NCBI GenBank assembly: GCA_050246755.1
Contig: JBFWVL010000001.1
Span: forward strand, 1,824,001 to 1,888,000
Source of the DNA: Bacteriovoracia bacterium
GTDB taxonomy: Bacteria; Bdellovibrionota; UBA1018; CAIPTA01
Direction: 5' to 3'
Length of the DNA stretch: 64,000 nt
Made by a program: the position numbers and the translations under genes. Within the stretch, counting starts at the first letter, position 1; each line of letters begins with the position of its first letter. Positions 36,731 through 47,207 of the stretch are shown piece after piece. The notes under the pieces are model-generated. The model ran no database searches. It was not told where the DNA came from and was given only the letters and a program-made list of their open reading frames with translations.

Positions 36731-37503
36731 TGGATATATTAAGCATAGCGGGATTTATCCTCGGCATCGTGGCCGTAGTGGGCGGGGCGATGCTCGAGCA
36801 TTTGCCTCCTTCCGCCATTTACGCTCCCACCGCCTTCATCATCGTGATGGGGGGCGCCACCGGCGCCATCCTCGTGAGCTACCCGATGGCCGACATCAAG
36901 CGCGCCATGACCGAAGGGATGAAGCTCGTATTCAAGAACGTCGATACCGACTACCGCCCGCTGATCGAAGAGATCACGAAGGTGGCCACGGTAGCCCGTA
37001 AAGAAGGCGTGCTCGCGATCGAAGGCATGCGCAACAATATCCAGGACGAAAAATTCAAGAAGGCGCTGAAATACGTGATCGACGGCTTCGAGCCCAAGAC
37101 CGTAACCGAGATTCTGGAGGCCGAGTCTTTCTTCGAATTCGAGGAGACCGAGGTGGCCGGTAAGCTCCTCGAGGGCTTCGGTGGGTATACCCCCACGGTA
37201 GGTATCATCGGGGCCGTACTTGGTCTCATTCACGTAATGAGAAATCTTTCCAATCCGGACGCGATCGGTCCCGGTATCGCCGTAGCCTTCGTGGCCACGG
37301 TATACGGGGTAGGTTTCGCCAACCTGTGGTTCATGCCCATGGGAACGAAGGTGAAACGCAAGGCCTCGATCATGCAAATGCGGAACGAGTTGATCAAAGT
37401 GGGCGTGCAGGGAATCCAAGAAGGATTGAACCCCCACTTCCTCAAGGAAAAGCTCGAAGTATTCCTCGACCATAAATACCGCTCGCACGGGGACGCTCAC
37501 TAG
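36730..37503 (+). CDS. motA: Flagellar stator MotA
   Basis: ARKEGVLAIE, PTVGIIGAVLGLI and AVAFVATVYG. Confidence 0.95.
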   Translation: MDILSIAGFILGIVAVVGGAMLEHLPPSAIYAPTAFIIVMGGATGAILVSYPMADIKRAMTEGMKLVFKNVDTDYRPLIEEITKVATVARKEGVLAIEGMRNNIQDEKFKKALKYVIDGFEPKTVTEILEAESFFEFEETEVAGKLLEGFGGYTPTVGIIGAVLGLIHVMRNLSNPDAIGPGIAVAFVATVYGVGFANLWFMPMGTKVKRKASIMQMRNELIKVGVQGIQEGLNPHFLKEKLEVFLDHKYRSHGDAH

Positions 37504-38273
37504 TGAAGAAGAAACACCCGGAGCACGTGAACCTAGAGCGCTGGCTGGTAAGCTACGCGGATTTCATCACGCTCTTGTTCGCCTTCTTCGTGGTGATGTA
37601 TTCGATCGCCAACCAAGATAAGGCCAAGATCAAGCAGATCACCGAAGCCATCGAGCGCACCTTCCGGGGCCCATCCACGATGCTCGACGCCGGCCAGGGA
37701 AATCAGGTGAACGTGTTTAGTAACCCAGCCAGCGACTACGGCCAGGTGCTGGATACCACGATCGGCCGCTCCAACGTGACTCCGGAATTCACTCCCGAGC
37801 TCCAGAAGATCGCGGAGCGGGTGGAGGAAAGCCTTTCCTACCAGCTCACCACTACCGATTTAAAAGATACCGTGCGGATTATCCACGACGATCGAGGGCT
37901 AGTGATCCGTTTCTCGGCCTCGAAACTTTTCCGCCCGCTCAGCGACGTGGTGGAAAAACCTTATTTGCCCGTCATCGATAAGATCGCCAATATCGTGCAG
38001 ACGAGCGATCGCGTGATCCGCGTGGAAGGGCATACCGACAACGTGCCTCTGCCAAAAAACGACCGTTTCGAGACGAACTGGGAGCTTTCCACGGCGCGCG
38101 CAATCTGGATCGTGCGTTACCTGCGCGCGAAATTTAATATCCCGATCGGCCGTCTCTCGGCCGCGGGTTTTGCCGATGGGCAGCCGGTGGTGAAGAACGA
38201 TACCGAAGACGGGCGCGCCACCAACCGCCGGATCGAGATCGTGGTCACGAACCAGCAATACAAGGGAAAGTGA
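37503..38273 (+). CDS. motB: Flagellar stator MotB
   Basis: WLVSYADFITLLFAFF, VEGHTD, NWELS.ARA and NRRIEI. Confidence 0.95.
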   Translation: MKKKHPEHVNLERWLVSYADFITLLFAFFVVMYSIANQDKAKIKQITEAIERTFRGPSTMLDAGQGNQVNVFSNPASDYGQVLDTTIGRSNVTPEFTPELQKIAERVEESLSYQLTTTDLKDTVRIIHDDRGLVIRFSASKLFRPLSDVVEKPYLPVIDKIANIVQTSDRVIRVEGHTDNVPLPKNDRFETNWELSTARAIWIVRYLRAKFNIPIGRLSAAGFADGQPVVKNDTEDGRATNRRIEIVVTNQQYKGK

Positions 38274-40298
38274 TTATTCCGAGCGCAGGGCTTCTACCAC
38301 CTGCAGCCGCTCGGCTTTGATGGCGGGAAATAGCCCGCTGGCGATCCCCACGCAGAGAATCGCGATACCGGAAATTCCCAAAGCGCCCCAGTTAATGATC
38401 CATTCGAATTGCACTTTGGGCACGAGCTTTGTGGCCGCCCAGAGGCCCGTTTCGTAGATCGCGAAGCCCGCGACCAAGCCCACGATTCCCGCGAGCGCGC
38501 ATACCACCAAGGACTCGAGCAGGAATTGGGTGCGGATCGTGCGCGGCGTGGCCCCGAGGGCTTTGCGCAGGCCGATCTCGCGGAATCGCTCCGAAACCGA
38601 CACGAGCATCATATTGGCGATTCCGATTCCGCCCACCGCGAGGCAAACCAGCGCGATCGCGGTGAGCAGGATCGAGAAGAGGCTCAGGAAGCGATTCATT
38701 TGGTTCACGAGAAGGCTATCGGAATCCACGCGGAATCTTCCTGACTTTCCATACTTTGCCTCGAAGAAAGCCCGGATTGCGCGCGAAGTCTGCTCGATAT
38801 CGCCGTCTCTTTTTATTTCTATCAGGGCTTGGTGCAGAAGGGAGCTCCAATAGTCACTGGCAATTTGGAAGTAGGTAAAGGGAAGAAAGATTTGGGTATT
38901 AGGCTTCATCCACTCTTTGTTCGATTGCATGGGCTTAAGGACTCCGATTACCTTGCAGGTATTGGCGCCTTTACGAAAAGTAAAATTCAGCATTGAGCCC
39001 ACGGGCTTGGTATCGGTGAAAAGCTTCTGCGCGATATCGAAGCCAATGATGCAAACGGGGCTACGATTCTCGATATGGTGGGGGTTGAAATCTTTCCCCG
39101 CCGCGAAGGTGCGGTTCAGGAGGGCGATGCCGTGCTCGTTCACACCCATAATGCGGACGTCGGCCTCCACCTTCCGGCCGCCGAAACTGGCCGCTCCGTC
39201 CCAGGAGGAAAGCATGGGAGACATTCTGGCGATTTGCGGGAAGATACGGGGCATGGGCTTTAGATCCACACGCCAATCGAAATAGCGGAACACATTTGGA
39301 ACCAAATCGGCCGCGCGCGATTCCCAGTTCGGGGAGCCGTAAAAGGAAAGGGTGTTCACCCCGAGATCGGCGTAGGAATCGAGAATCTTCCTCTTCGTGA
39401 ACTGGCCGAGGGTGATCATCGAGAATACGGCCCCGATCCCGATCGTGATTCCGAGCATGGTGAGGAAGGTACGGATGCGATTCCGGCGCAAATTCTCGAT
39501 CGCCGAGGGGAAAAGCTTGCTCGCGATAGCGAGGGTGGCCGCGAAGGGGGTGCGTGAGCTGGCGCGGGTGACGATTTTTCGCGAAGGTGCCCCCGCCGTC
39601 ACGGGTTCCGCCCTGCGGATTTGGCCCGTGATTTTGCCGTCGCGAATTTTGTAAACGGTAGAGCATTTCTCCGCCACGCCCGGGTCGTGCGTGATCAGCA
39701 CGATGGTTTTTCCTTCCCGATTTAGGCCAGCCAGCAGATCCATGATTTGTTCCGAAGACCGGGAATCCAGGTTTCCGGTAGGCTCATCGGCAAAAATGAT
39801 ATCGGGGTCGTTCATCAGGGCCCGCGCGATCGCCACGCGCTGCTGCTGGCCCCCGGAAAGCTGGTTGGGCAGATGATCGAGCCTATCCTCGAGGCCCACC
39901 TTCGCGGCGAGCGCCCGCGCCCGCGTTTCCGGATCGCGATAGAGGGGCGGTTCCTCGCAAGGGTAGAGGGTGGGCAGCAAGATATTGTCGAGCACGTTGG
40001 CCCGGGGAAGGAGGTGGAACTGCTGAAACACGAAACCGATTTTCCGGCTGCGCAGGAAGGCAAGCTCGGTTTCGGAGAAATGGGAGACGTCGAGCCCGTC
40101 GATTTCCATTTTTCCTTGCTGCACGTGCAGCAGGCAGCCCATTAGGTAGAGCAGAGTGGACTTTCCTGAGCCGGAAGGCCCCTGAATGGCCACGAAATCG
40201 CCCCGCGCCACCGCGAGCTCCACCCCGTCGAGCACTTTCACGCTCTGGGTGCCCAGCATATAGGCGAAAGAGATATTTTTTAGCGAAAGGAGCGCCAT
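38274..40298 (-). CDS. macB: MacB-type fused ABC ATPase/permease
   Basis: [32 protein letters not shown] and [24 protein letters not shown]. Confidence 0.9.
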   Translation of the reverse strand: MALLSLKNISFAYMLGTQSVKVLDGVELAVARGDFVAIQGPSGSGKSTLLYLMGCLLHVQQGKMEIDGLDVSHFSETELAFLRSRKIGFVFQQFHLLPRANVLDNILLPTLYPCEEPPLYRDPETRARALAAKVGLEDRLDHLPNQLSGGQQQRVAIARALMNDPDIIFADEPTGNLDSRSSEQIMDLLAGLNREGKTIVLITHDPGVAEKCSTVYKIRDGKITGQIRRAEPVTAGAPSRKIVTRASSRTPFAATLAIASKLFPSAIENLRRNRIRTFLTMLGITIGIGAVFSMITLGQFTKRKILDSYADLGVNTLSFYGSPNWESRAADLVPNVFRYFDWRVDLKPMPRIFPQIARMSPMLSSWDGAASFGGRKVEADVRIMGVNEHGIALLNRTFAAGKDFNPHHIENRSPVCIIGFDIAQKLFTDTKPVGSMLNFTFRKGANTCKVIGVLKPMQSNKEWMKPNTQIFLPFTYFQIASDYWSSLLHQALIEIKRDGDIEQTSRAIRAFFEAKYGKSGRFRVDSDSLLVNQMNRFLSLFSILLTAIALVCLAVGGIGIANMMLVSVSERFREIGLRKALGATPRTIRTQFLLESLVVCALAGIVGLVAGFAIYETGLWAATKLVPKVQFEWIINWGALGISGIAILCVGIASGLFPAIKAERLQVVEALRSE

Positions 40299-40299
40299 C

Positions 40300-41178
40300 C
40301 TAGTCCTTGAGGAGCGAAGCGAAATCCACCTGCTTCACGCGGTCGCCCTCTTTCAGGCCGCTCTTGATCTCGAAAGCTTCTTCGTTTTGTAGACCGATCT
40401 CGATCACCCTCTTTTCGCCGTTGGCCATCGTCACGAAATATTTCGCGTCTTCCCGGCTCACGTATTCTTGAGGAAGGGTAAGTACGTTTTCCGCGCGGTG
40501 GGCGATGATGTCCACCACCACCGTCATGCCGGGGCTGAGCTGCTTATCGGCGTCCAGGATCTCCAGGCGCACCGGAAATTCCACCTTCGATCCTCCGCCC
40601 CAGCCGCTGCTATTGTCTTCCTGCTTGGCCGCGAGGGAAAGTTCCCGAATCACGCCCTTATACGTCCGCGTAATCACCGCGGCCGCCCGTATCACCACTT
40701 CCTGGCCCGGAGATATTTTTACCCAGTCGATTTCGGGGGCGGAAGCCGTCACGAAGAGCTTCGAAAGGTCATCCACCCGCAAAATAAATTCCGCTACCAC
40801 TCCGTCGTGCGCCAGCTGGCCCTCGCTGCGCCCGACCTGCACGACGATGCCGGGAAAGGGCGCGCGCAGAGGAAAAGAATTTTCGGAAGACTGCAGCGAT
40901 TGGGTCATCGTTACGAGGGGGTCGCCGGCCGAGACGGTATCGCCTACTTTTACGAAAAGCTTCTTCACGTAGCCCGTGAACGGCGCGGTAACCACCGTGG
41001 AGCGGTTAGGCACGATATTGCCGGCGATCGTGATTTTTTGCTCGAGCGTCTCTTTTTTTACGGTACCCAGGCTCGTATCTTCTTGCCCGGGGGACAGGGC
41101 TTTCCAGGCAAAAAATCCGCCCGCGAGGATCGCGATCACCGCGGCGGCCACGAGACTACTTTTTCCTGAGAGCTTCAT
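40300..41178 (-). CDS. MacA-like periplasmic adaptor lacking the alpha-hairpin
   Basis: N-terminal TM, split lipoyl halves, beta-barrel LSPGMT and membrane-proximal GLKEGD. Confidence 0.85.
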   Translation of the reverse strand: MKLSGKSSLVAAAVIAILAGGFFAWKALSPGQEDTSLGTVKKETLEQKITIAGNIVPNRSTVVTAPFTGYVKKLFVKVGDTVSAGDPLVTMTQSLQSSENSFPLRAPFPGIVVQVGRSEGQLAHDGVVAEFILRVDDLSKLFVTASAPEIDWVKISPGQEVVIRAAAVITRTYKGVIRELSLAAKQEDNSSGWGGGSKVEFPVRLEILDADKQLSPGMTVVVDIIAHRAENVLTLPQEYVSREDAKYFVTMANGEKRVIEIGLQNEEAFEIKSGLKEGDRVKQVDFASLLKD

Positions 41179-42439
41179 AGAGCGTTCCTTGGTGGTAAAG
41201 ATAAGAATAGATTCCCTGTTGCAGATCGTAGAGCGAGCCGTAGTAACTGAGCCTGGCGCTGGATACCGATTCGAGCCCGGCGATATAGTCGAGGTAAGCC
41301 ACTTTCCCCTGACGGTAGTCTTCCGTGAGGTTGGCCAAATTGCGGTTTTCCAGCTGGAGTAATTCTTGGCTGAGCTCGTTGTTCTTCTTTTTCTCTCTCA
41401 GGTCGAGCATGAGATTCGCGAGCTCCTCGCGTAGCTCCAGCAAACGGACGCTGGTCTCGTTTTCCTGGATCAGGGATCTTTCGGTGGCAATGGCGGCGTC
41501 GCGGGAGCGGGTGCCCCAGTCGAGCAAGTTGAACTTTAGGTTCAGCAGCGCATTCCACTCCACGCGATCGTTATCGGAAAAGCTGCGCGTATTCCGGCCC
41601 AGGTAGCTAGAGCTGCGGTAAAAGGCTCCTGAGGTTAAGTTCAGCTCTGGCCAAATTTTCCGGTGCACGAGATCGGCTTCGAGCTCGCTGATCTGATTTT
41701 GCAGAACGGAGATCCGGTACTCCCGGTGGTCCGTGATGGCGGGCGCCTGATCGGGAATATTGACCGCAGGCACCTTCTCGCCCACCGGCAAAAAATCCAC
41801 CTGGGTTCCGAGGTCCACGCCGAGTATGGTACGTAATTTTTCTTTGGCTTTCGCCACCGCGTTCTGGGCGCTCACGATTTGGATTTCGGTGCGGCTTAGC
41901 TGCGCCTTGAAGCGGAGGTAGTCGCGCTGGGTTTTCCAGCCTTGGCGGTAGCCGGAAGAAATCAAATTGAACTGCTTGCGCAGGATGGCAGCCTGCGCTT
42001 CCTGCACTTCCAGATTTTTAGCGGTTTGGGAAAAGCGCAGGAATTCCTGGGCCACATCACGGCAGAGCCGGTCTCTTTCCAGCAAAAATTTTTCGCTCGC
42101 CTGGTTTTCTCGGAGTCGGGAAATTTTATACTGCGTGAAATTACGCCCGTTGTCGTAAAGGTTTTCGGTGAGATCCAGGGAAAATTCACTCGCCCAGGGA
42201 TTTGGGTTGGTGAGCGGGATATCGCGGCGAATCCCGTGGGTGGTATTGAGATCGAGGGAAGGAAAGAACGCGGACAGCACGTTTTGGCGGGTATACCGGG
42301 AAATATTATTTTCGCGGGCAAAGGTATCGAGGCGCGGGGAATGTTCCACCGCGTAGAGGGCCGCCTGCTCGAGGGTAAGCCTCGTGGGGGCGGCTTGGGC
42401 CACTAATCCGGAAAAGAGAATCAGCGTCCAGGGGCTCAT
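41156..42439 (-). CDS. TolC-family outer membrane efflux channel
   Basis: Signal peptide, LTLEQA...HSP, and two OEP repeats (FPSLDL..NLYDNG; WPELNL..NLLDWG). Confidence 0.88.
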   Translation of the reverse strand: MSPWTLILFSGLVAQAAPTRLTLEQAALYAVEHSPRLDTFARENNISRYTRQNVLSAFFPSLDLNTTHGIRRDIPLTNPNPWASEFSLDLTENLYDNGRNFTQYKISRLRENQASEKFLLERDRLCRDVAQEFLRFSQTAKNLEVQEAQAAILRKQFNLISSGYRQGWKTQRDYLRFKAQLSRTEIQIVSAQNAVAKAKEKLRTILGVDLGTQVDFLPVGEKVPAVNIPDQAPAITDHREYRISVLQNQISELEADLVHRKIWPELNLTSGAFYRSSSYLGRNTRSFSDNDRVEWNALLNLKFNLLDWGTRSRDAAIATERSLIQENETSVRLLELREELANLMLDLREKKKNNELSQELLQLENRNLANLTEDYRQGKVAYLDYIAGLESVSSARLSYYGSLYDLQQGIYSYLYHQGTLYEALRKK

Positions 42440-42449
42440 GGCAACCCTA

Positions 42450-43742
42450 TCAACCCGCAAAGGGGTTTCTTACTTCCAGGGTTTGCCGGCGATCGGGCCC
42501 TACGGAGAGGAGTACCGTTTTTACTTCCATCTCTTGCTCGATGAATTTCAGGTAGTCTTGCAGCGCGGCCGGAACTTTATTCAGGTCCGTAAGCTCGGTG
42601 ATGGTTTCGTTCCAGGCTTTCAGGGTTTTATAGACCGGCTTTCCGTGCTCGAGCGTGGCGAGATCGCCGGGTACGGTCTTGAACATTTTTCCTTTGTATT
42701 CGTAGCCTACGCAAACCTGCAATTCTTTGAGCCCCGACAAAACATCGAGCTTCGTGATCGCGAGGCCCGTGAAGCCGTTGATATTGCGCGAATGGCGGAG
42801 GGCTACGAGATCGAGCCAGCCACAGCGGCGCTTGCGCCCGGTGGTGGCGCCAAATTCCGCGCCCACGCGCTGGAGGGTTTCGCCCACTTCGTTCAGCTGT
42901 TCGGTGGGGAAGGGGCCGGCCCCTACGCGGGTGGAATAAGCCTTCACGATCGCGATCACTTCCTGCACCGCACTGGGGGGAACTCCCGCACCGGTGCATA
43001 CTCCGCCGCTCGTAGTATTGGAGCTCGTCACGAAGGGATAGGTACCTTGGTCGATATCGAGGAGCGCGCCTTGCGCTCCCTCGAAGAGGATTTTTTTCTT
43101 CGTGGCGATCGCTTCGTGCACGAGCAAATTCGCGTCGGCCACGTGAGCCTGGATTTTTTCACCTAGGGCCAGGTACTTTTCGGTGAGCTCGCTCGCGTCG
43201 AATTTGGCATGGCCGTAGTGTTTTTCGAACAATACGTTTTTTTCCACCAGGGACTCTTCGATGCGCGCCTTGAGGTAGGAAGCGTTCGAAAGATCACCCA
43301 CGCGAATTCCGAGGCGGGAAGTTTTGTCGGAGTAGGCGGGGCCGATGCCGCGGCCGGTGGTTCCGATACTGGTTCCGTCACGGCTCTTCTCGCGCAATTG
43401 GTCCAGAATTTTATGGTAGGGCATGATCACGTGCGCGCGATCGCTCACCAGCACTTTGGAGGTTTTTAGGTAGCCCTTATTCTTAAGGCCTTCGAGCTCG
43501 GTAAGGAAGATTTCGGGATCCACCACCACGCCGTTGGCGATCACGCAGGTTTTTCCTTCGTGAAGCGCGGCCGCGGGAATCAGATGAAGAACGACTTTTT
43601 TTCCATCCACCACGAGCGTGTGGCCGGCGTTGTTTCCGCCCTGGTAACGGACCACCACTTCGGCGTGCTTGCCATAAATATCAACTACCTTGCCTTTACC
43701 TTCGTCGCCCCACTGGCCGCCGACTACCGCAACGTTGGCCAT
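42450..43742 (-). CDS. purA: Adenylosuccinate synthetase
   Basis: QWGDEGKGK, GGNNAGHT, GTYPFVTSS and GATTGR.RRCGWLD. Confidence 0.98.
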   Translation of the reverse strand: MANVAVVGGQWGDEGKGKVVDIYGKHAEVVVRYQGGNNAGHTLVVDGKKVVLHLIPAAALHEGKTCVIANGVVVDPEIFLTELEGLKNKGYLKTSKVLVSDRAHVIMPYHKILDQLREKSRDGTSIGTTGRGIGPAYSDKTSRLGIRVGDLSNASYLKARIEESLVEKNVLFEKHYGHAKFDASELTEKYLALGEKIQAHVADANLLVHEAIATKKKILFEGAQGALLDIDQGTYPFVTSSNTTSGGVCTGAGVPPSAVQEVIAIVKAYSTRVGAGPFPTEQLNEVGETLQRVGAEFGATTGRKRRCGWLDLVALRHSRNINGFTGLAITKLDVLSGLKELQVCVGYEYKGKMFKTVPGDLATLEHGKPVYKTLKAWNETITELTDLNKVPAALQDYLKFIEQEMEVKTVLLSVGPDRRQTLEVRNPFAG

Positions 43743-43743
43743 G

Positions 43744-44709
43744 CTATTTATTCACCGCCGTGGGGGCTTTGCCATCACGATAATATTCAATGAGGTATTT
43801 AGCGGCCGCGAGGCCCACCTTATGCTGGGCTTCCTTCGTGGCGGCGCCGATATGGGGAGCGCAGATCACTTTCGGGTGCTTCACGAGAGGGTTATCGGCT
43901 TCCACCGGTTCCTTCTCGAACACGTCGAGGGCGGCGCCTGCGATGGTGCCGTTGTTCAGGGCTTCGAGGAGCGCGGCTTCCGAAGCGATTCCGCCGCGGG
44001 AAGCATTGATGAAGTAGGATCCCTTCTTCATTTTGCTGAACTGCGCGGCCCCGATCGAATTCTTGGTGGAATCCATGAGCGGCATGTGGAGCGAGACTAC
44101 GTCGGCCTGGGCGAAAATTTCGTCCATCGAAGAGGGCCAGCTTTTTACGAACTTATATTCGGGATTCGCCGAAAGTTCTTGGCCGCGCGGATCGAATACG
44201 ATCACGTTCATGCCGAGGGCATGGCAGGCTTTGCCCACGAGATTGCCGATGGCGCCGAAGCCGAGCAAGCCGATGGTGCGGCCCGAAGCCTCGTTGCCCA
44301 CGAGATCCTTTTTCTCCCAGAGATTCTGTTTCATGCCGGAAGTGGCACGGGGAATCTCACGCATAAGACCAAAGAGAAAGCCGAGGGTAAGTTCCGCGAC
44401 GGCGTTATTGTTCACGCCGGGACAGTTGAGCACGAGCATGTCCTTCTTCGTGGCGGCCGGAACGTCCACGTTATCCACGCCCGCACCCGCACGCATGATT
44501 ACTTTCATTTTCGTGGCGGCCTCGATGAGATCCTTGCTCATCTTGGTGGCCGAGCGGATCACGATCGCATCGTAGTCCCCGATCATCCCGAGCAAGGCCG
44601 TTTTTTCTACCGCCTTATTGAAATTCACTTCGAAGAGCCCGCTCTCTTCGAGCATCTTCACGCCTTCGGGCGAGAGTCCATCGGTGATCAAAAGCTTGGT
44701 TTTTGGCAT
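43744..44709 (-). CDS. D-3-phosphoglycerate dehydrogenase-like 2-hydroxyacid dehydrogenase (no ACT domain)
   Basis: IRSATK, RAGAGVDNVD, GFGAIG, INASRG, ALDVF.EP and PHIGA. Confidence 0.88.
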   Translation of the reverse strand: MPKTKLLITDGLSPEGVKMLEESGLFEVNFNKAVEKTALLGMIGDYDAIVIRSATKMSKDLIEAATKMKVIMRAGAGVDNVDVPAATKKDMLVLNCPGVNNNAVAELTLGFLFGLMREIPRATSGMKQNLWEKKDLVGNEASGRTIGLLGFGAIGNLVGKACHALGMNVIVFDPRGQELSANPEYKFVKSWPSSMDEIFAQADVVSLHMPLMDSTKNSIGAAQFSKMKKGSYFINASRGGIASEAALLEALNNGTIAGAALDVFEKEPVEADNPLVKHPKVICAPHIGAATKEAQHKVGLAAAKYLIEYYRDGKAPTAVNK

Positions 44710-44796
44710 TCTTTGCATTTCCTAAAGTTGGGGATGTCGAGCGAATGACGATCCGGCCCATCATAGCTTCAATCCTGAAAATCTGGCAAAAAAGAC

Positions 44797-44828
44797 AAAA
44801 AAAAGAGCGGCTGTCTTCAGCCGCTCTC
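44797..44828 (-). terminator. Rho-independent terminator
   Basis: On the - strand: gagagcggctg-aaga-cagccgctc followed by T8. Confidence 0.8.
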
Positions 44829-44849
44829 CTGCGTCTCAAATCGGGAGAT

Positions 44850-45056
44850 TTAGTGCTTCTTTTTCGCCAGTTTCATCAGGGCTTTTTGTTCACGCACCTT
44901 GTCTAAAATCACGAGAGCTTCGTCGCGAAGGTCGTTTTCGTGCACAAAACGATAGAAGGCTTCCATGTCCGCTTGTTGGCGGAAATTTTTAGGAATTCCT
45001 CCGGCAGCTAGGGCGGCTTTTCCGGCTTCAGAGTTCATGTCGAGATCTTGTTCCAT
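44850..45056 (-). CDS. Small hypothetical protein (68 aa)
   Basis: SD AAGGAG and its own terminator. Core motif KNFR...FYRFVHENDLR.EAL. Confidence 0.75.
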   Translation of the reverse strand: MEQDLDMNSEAGKAALAAGGIPKNFRQQADMEAFYRFVHENDLRDEALVILDKVREQKALMKLAKKKH

Positions 45057-45103
45057 TGCTATTCTCCTTCGTTCGGTGACTAAAAATGCGTTTCAGGGCC
45101 AGC

Positions 45104-46762
45104 CTAGTTGTGACTTTGTTCTACCATAGCGGGGCTAGTTTCCAATAAGCCGTAGCGATGGAGTTTGTTGTAGAGCGTTTTAATAGTGATTCCGAGCACT
45201 TTGGCCGTCTTCGTTTTATTGCCGTGCTGGTAGGCGAGCATCTGCAGAATATGATTCTTTTCGAGGTCTTCGAGCGTCATCGCGATCGTATGCTGGCTGG
45301 CATTATTTTGCGTACTCGCATTGGTGTTGGAGCTCTGCGACATGCGGATATTGAAAGGCAGGTCTTCGATGCGGATTTCGCTGCCTTCCACCAAGATTTT
45401 TAGCTGCTCGATCGTGTTCTGCAGCTCGCGGATATTTCCGGGCCAGGCATAGTGTTTCATCGCTTCCATGGCTTTATTTTCCACGGAGAGAATCCGGGTG
45501 CTGCCGTAGCGCGAGTTATCGAGGAAGTAACGCACGAGCAGCGCGATGTCTTCGGGGCGTTTTCTCAAGGGAGGAACGCGGAGGGTGATCGTATTGAGGC
45601 GGTAGAATAGATCTTCGCGGAAGCGAGAATTCTTCACTTCCTGCTCCAGATCGCGGTTCGTGGCCGAGAGCACGCGCACATCCACGCGGATAGGTTGCTT
45701 GCCGCCGATACGGTACATTTCGCCTTCCTGCAGGAAGCGCAGGAGCTTGGTTTGGATGCTGAGGCTCATCTCGCCGATCTCGTCCAAGAAGATGGTTCCG
45801 CCGTCGGCGGTTTCGGCCAAGCCGATTTTTTGCGCTACGGCGCCGGTGAAGGATCCTTTTTCGTGCCCGAAGAGCTCGCTTTCGAGCAAGCTTTCCTGGA
45901 GTGCTCCACAGTTGATCGTTACGAAAGGTTTATCCGAGCGATCGCTCTGGCGGTGAATTCTCTGGGCCACGAGCTCTTTCCCCGTGCCGCTTTCCCCTTG
46001 GATCAGCACGCTCACGCGCGTGGGGGCGATTTTGTCCACCATGCTGAGGAGCGAGTGGATGGCGGAAGACTGGCCGATCATATCGCGGTTACCGGAATTG
46101 CGGTTCACGATGGTTTTCAGGGCGCGGTTCTCTTTCTGGAGCAGCTTCTGCTGGTCCATGATGCGATCGTTGGCCACGCGCAGTTCCTGCGTTTTTTCTT
46201 CCACGATTTTTTTCAATTCTTTATTGAAGCCGCTCACCTTGTTGTAGAGCTGGGCGTTCGAGAGGGCGAGCGACACTTGGGCGCCGATGCTCTCCATCAC
46301 GTGCTGATCCTCTTCTTCGAACGCATTGCTCTCGGCGGCTTCCACGTTGAGCACGCCGATCAATCCTTCTTCCGAGTTCACGATGGGAACGGCGAGGGCG
46401 GATTTCGTTTCGATGGGTAGTTTCAGCGAGGTGAAATTTTTATCCTGGGAAACATCATTAGAGAGGTGCGCGCGCTTCGTGGCCACCACGTGACCAATGA
46501 TGCCTTCGCCCTTGAGCTGGAATCCGGGAGAAAGAAAATTGGCGTAGGCGCCTTCGTGGGCCTGCAGCGTAGCGGTGCCGTCAGCGGCTACGGTCCAGAG
46601 GCTCATGTAATAATAATTGAAGCGGCTTTGGATTACGCGCAGGGTTTCTTTATAAACGTTGTCGGCGCTGAGCACGCTTTGTAGGCGGTGGCTCAGTTCG
46701 TTGAGCATATGCAGCTGAGCGCGGGATTTGCTTTTAATGGCGCTCTGTTGATTTTCCGTCAT
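45104..46762 (-). CDS. GAF-domain sigma54-dependent enhancer-binding protein (Fis-type HTH)
   Basis: GAF (GIIG.V, SALAVPI, GVLNVE), GESGTGKE, LFGHEKGSFTGA, FREDLFYRL, WPGNIREL and an HTH. Confidence 0.93.
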   Translation of the reverse strand: MTENQQSAIKSKSRAQLHMLNELSHRLQSVLSADNVYKETLRVIQSRFNYYYMSLWTVAADGTATLQAHEGAYANFLSPGFQLKGEGIIGHVVATKRAHLSNDVSQDKNFTSLKLPIETKSALAVPIVNSEEGLIGVLNVEAAESNAFEEEDQHVMESIGAQVSLALSNAQLYNKVSGFNKELKKIVEEKTQELRVANDRIMDQQKLLQKENRALKTIVNRNSGNRDMIGQSSAIHSLLSMVDKIAPTRVSVLIQGESGTGKELVAQRIHRQSDRSDKPFVTINCGALQESLLESELFGHEKGSFTGAVAQKIGLAETADGGTIFLDEIGEMSLSIQTKLLRFLQEGEMYRIGGKQPIRVDVRVLSATNRDLEQEVKNSRFREDLFYRLNTITLRVPPLRKRPEDIALLVRYFLDNSRYGSTRILSVENKAMEAMKHYAWPGNIRELQNTIEQLKILVEGSEIRIEDLPFNIRMSQSSNTNASTQNNASQHTIAMTLEDLEKNHILQMLAYQHGNKTKTAKVLGITIKTLYNKLHRYGLLETSPAMVEQSHN

Positions 46763-46821
46763 AGGGTCTTGCTCCTGAGTCCGTACCTGCTAAAAACTTC
46801 TACAGGGTTACGGCGCGGTGC

Positions 46822-46850
46822 ATAATATAAAAAATACAGGTAAGGCGCAA
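46822..46850 (-). promoter_or_regulatory. Sigma70 promoter for the activator gene
   Basis: TTGCGC-N17-TATTAT. Confidence 0.6.
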
Positions 46851-47207
46851 GCACAAAGTAGACGGAGCTACTCCGCTGATTTTATTCAAAAGGCGAAGAG
46901 ACACCGGTCGCTACTCCAATTAGGTTTGAGTAGGCGAATTGGAATCAAAAAAATCGGCCTCGATTTTGGGCAATACCCTTACTTATTTTCCGGGTGGTTA
47001 GCCTTTTCTATAGATAGAGGGAAAAGCCATTCCTGGGACCGGAAGAAAATATTACGTGGTGGTTTCTGGGCAAAACCTTGGGGGGCTTATTATTAACTTG
47101 CTGAAATTAAAGGAAAATATCGCTAAAATACAGTAATTGATTGATTTGGTCTTGTATTATGTTCCGAATCGGCGTACAACTGTTTCCTGCCTTTACCAGG
47201 AGCACCC

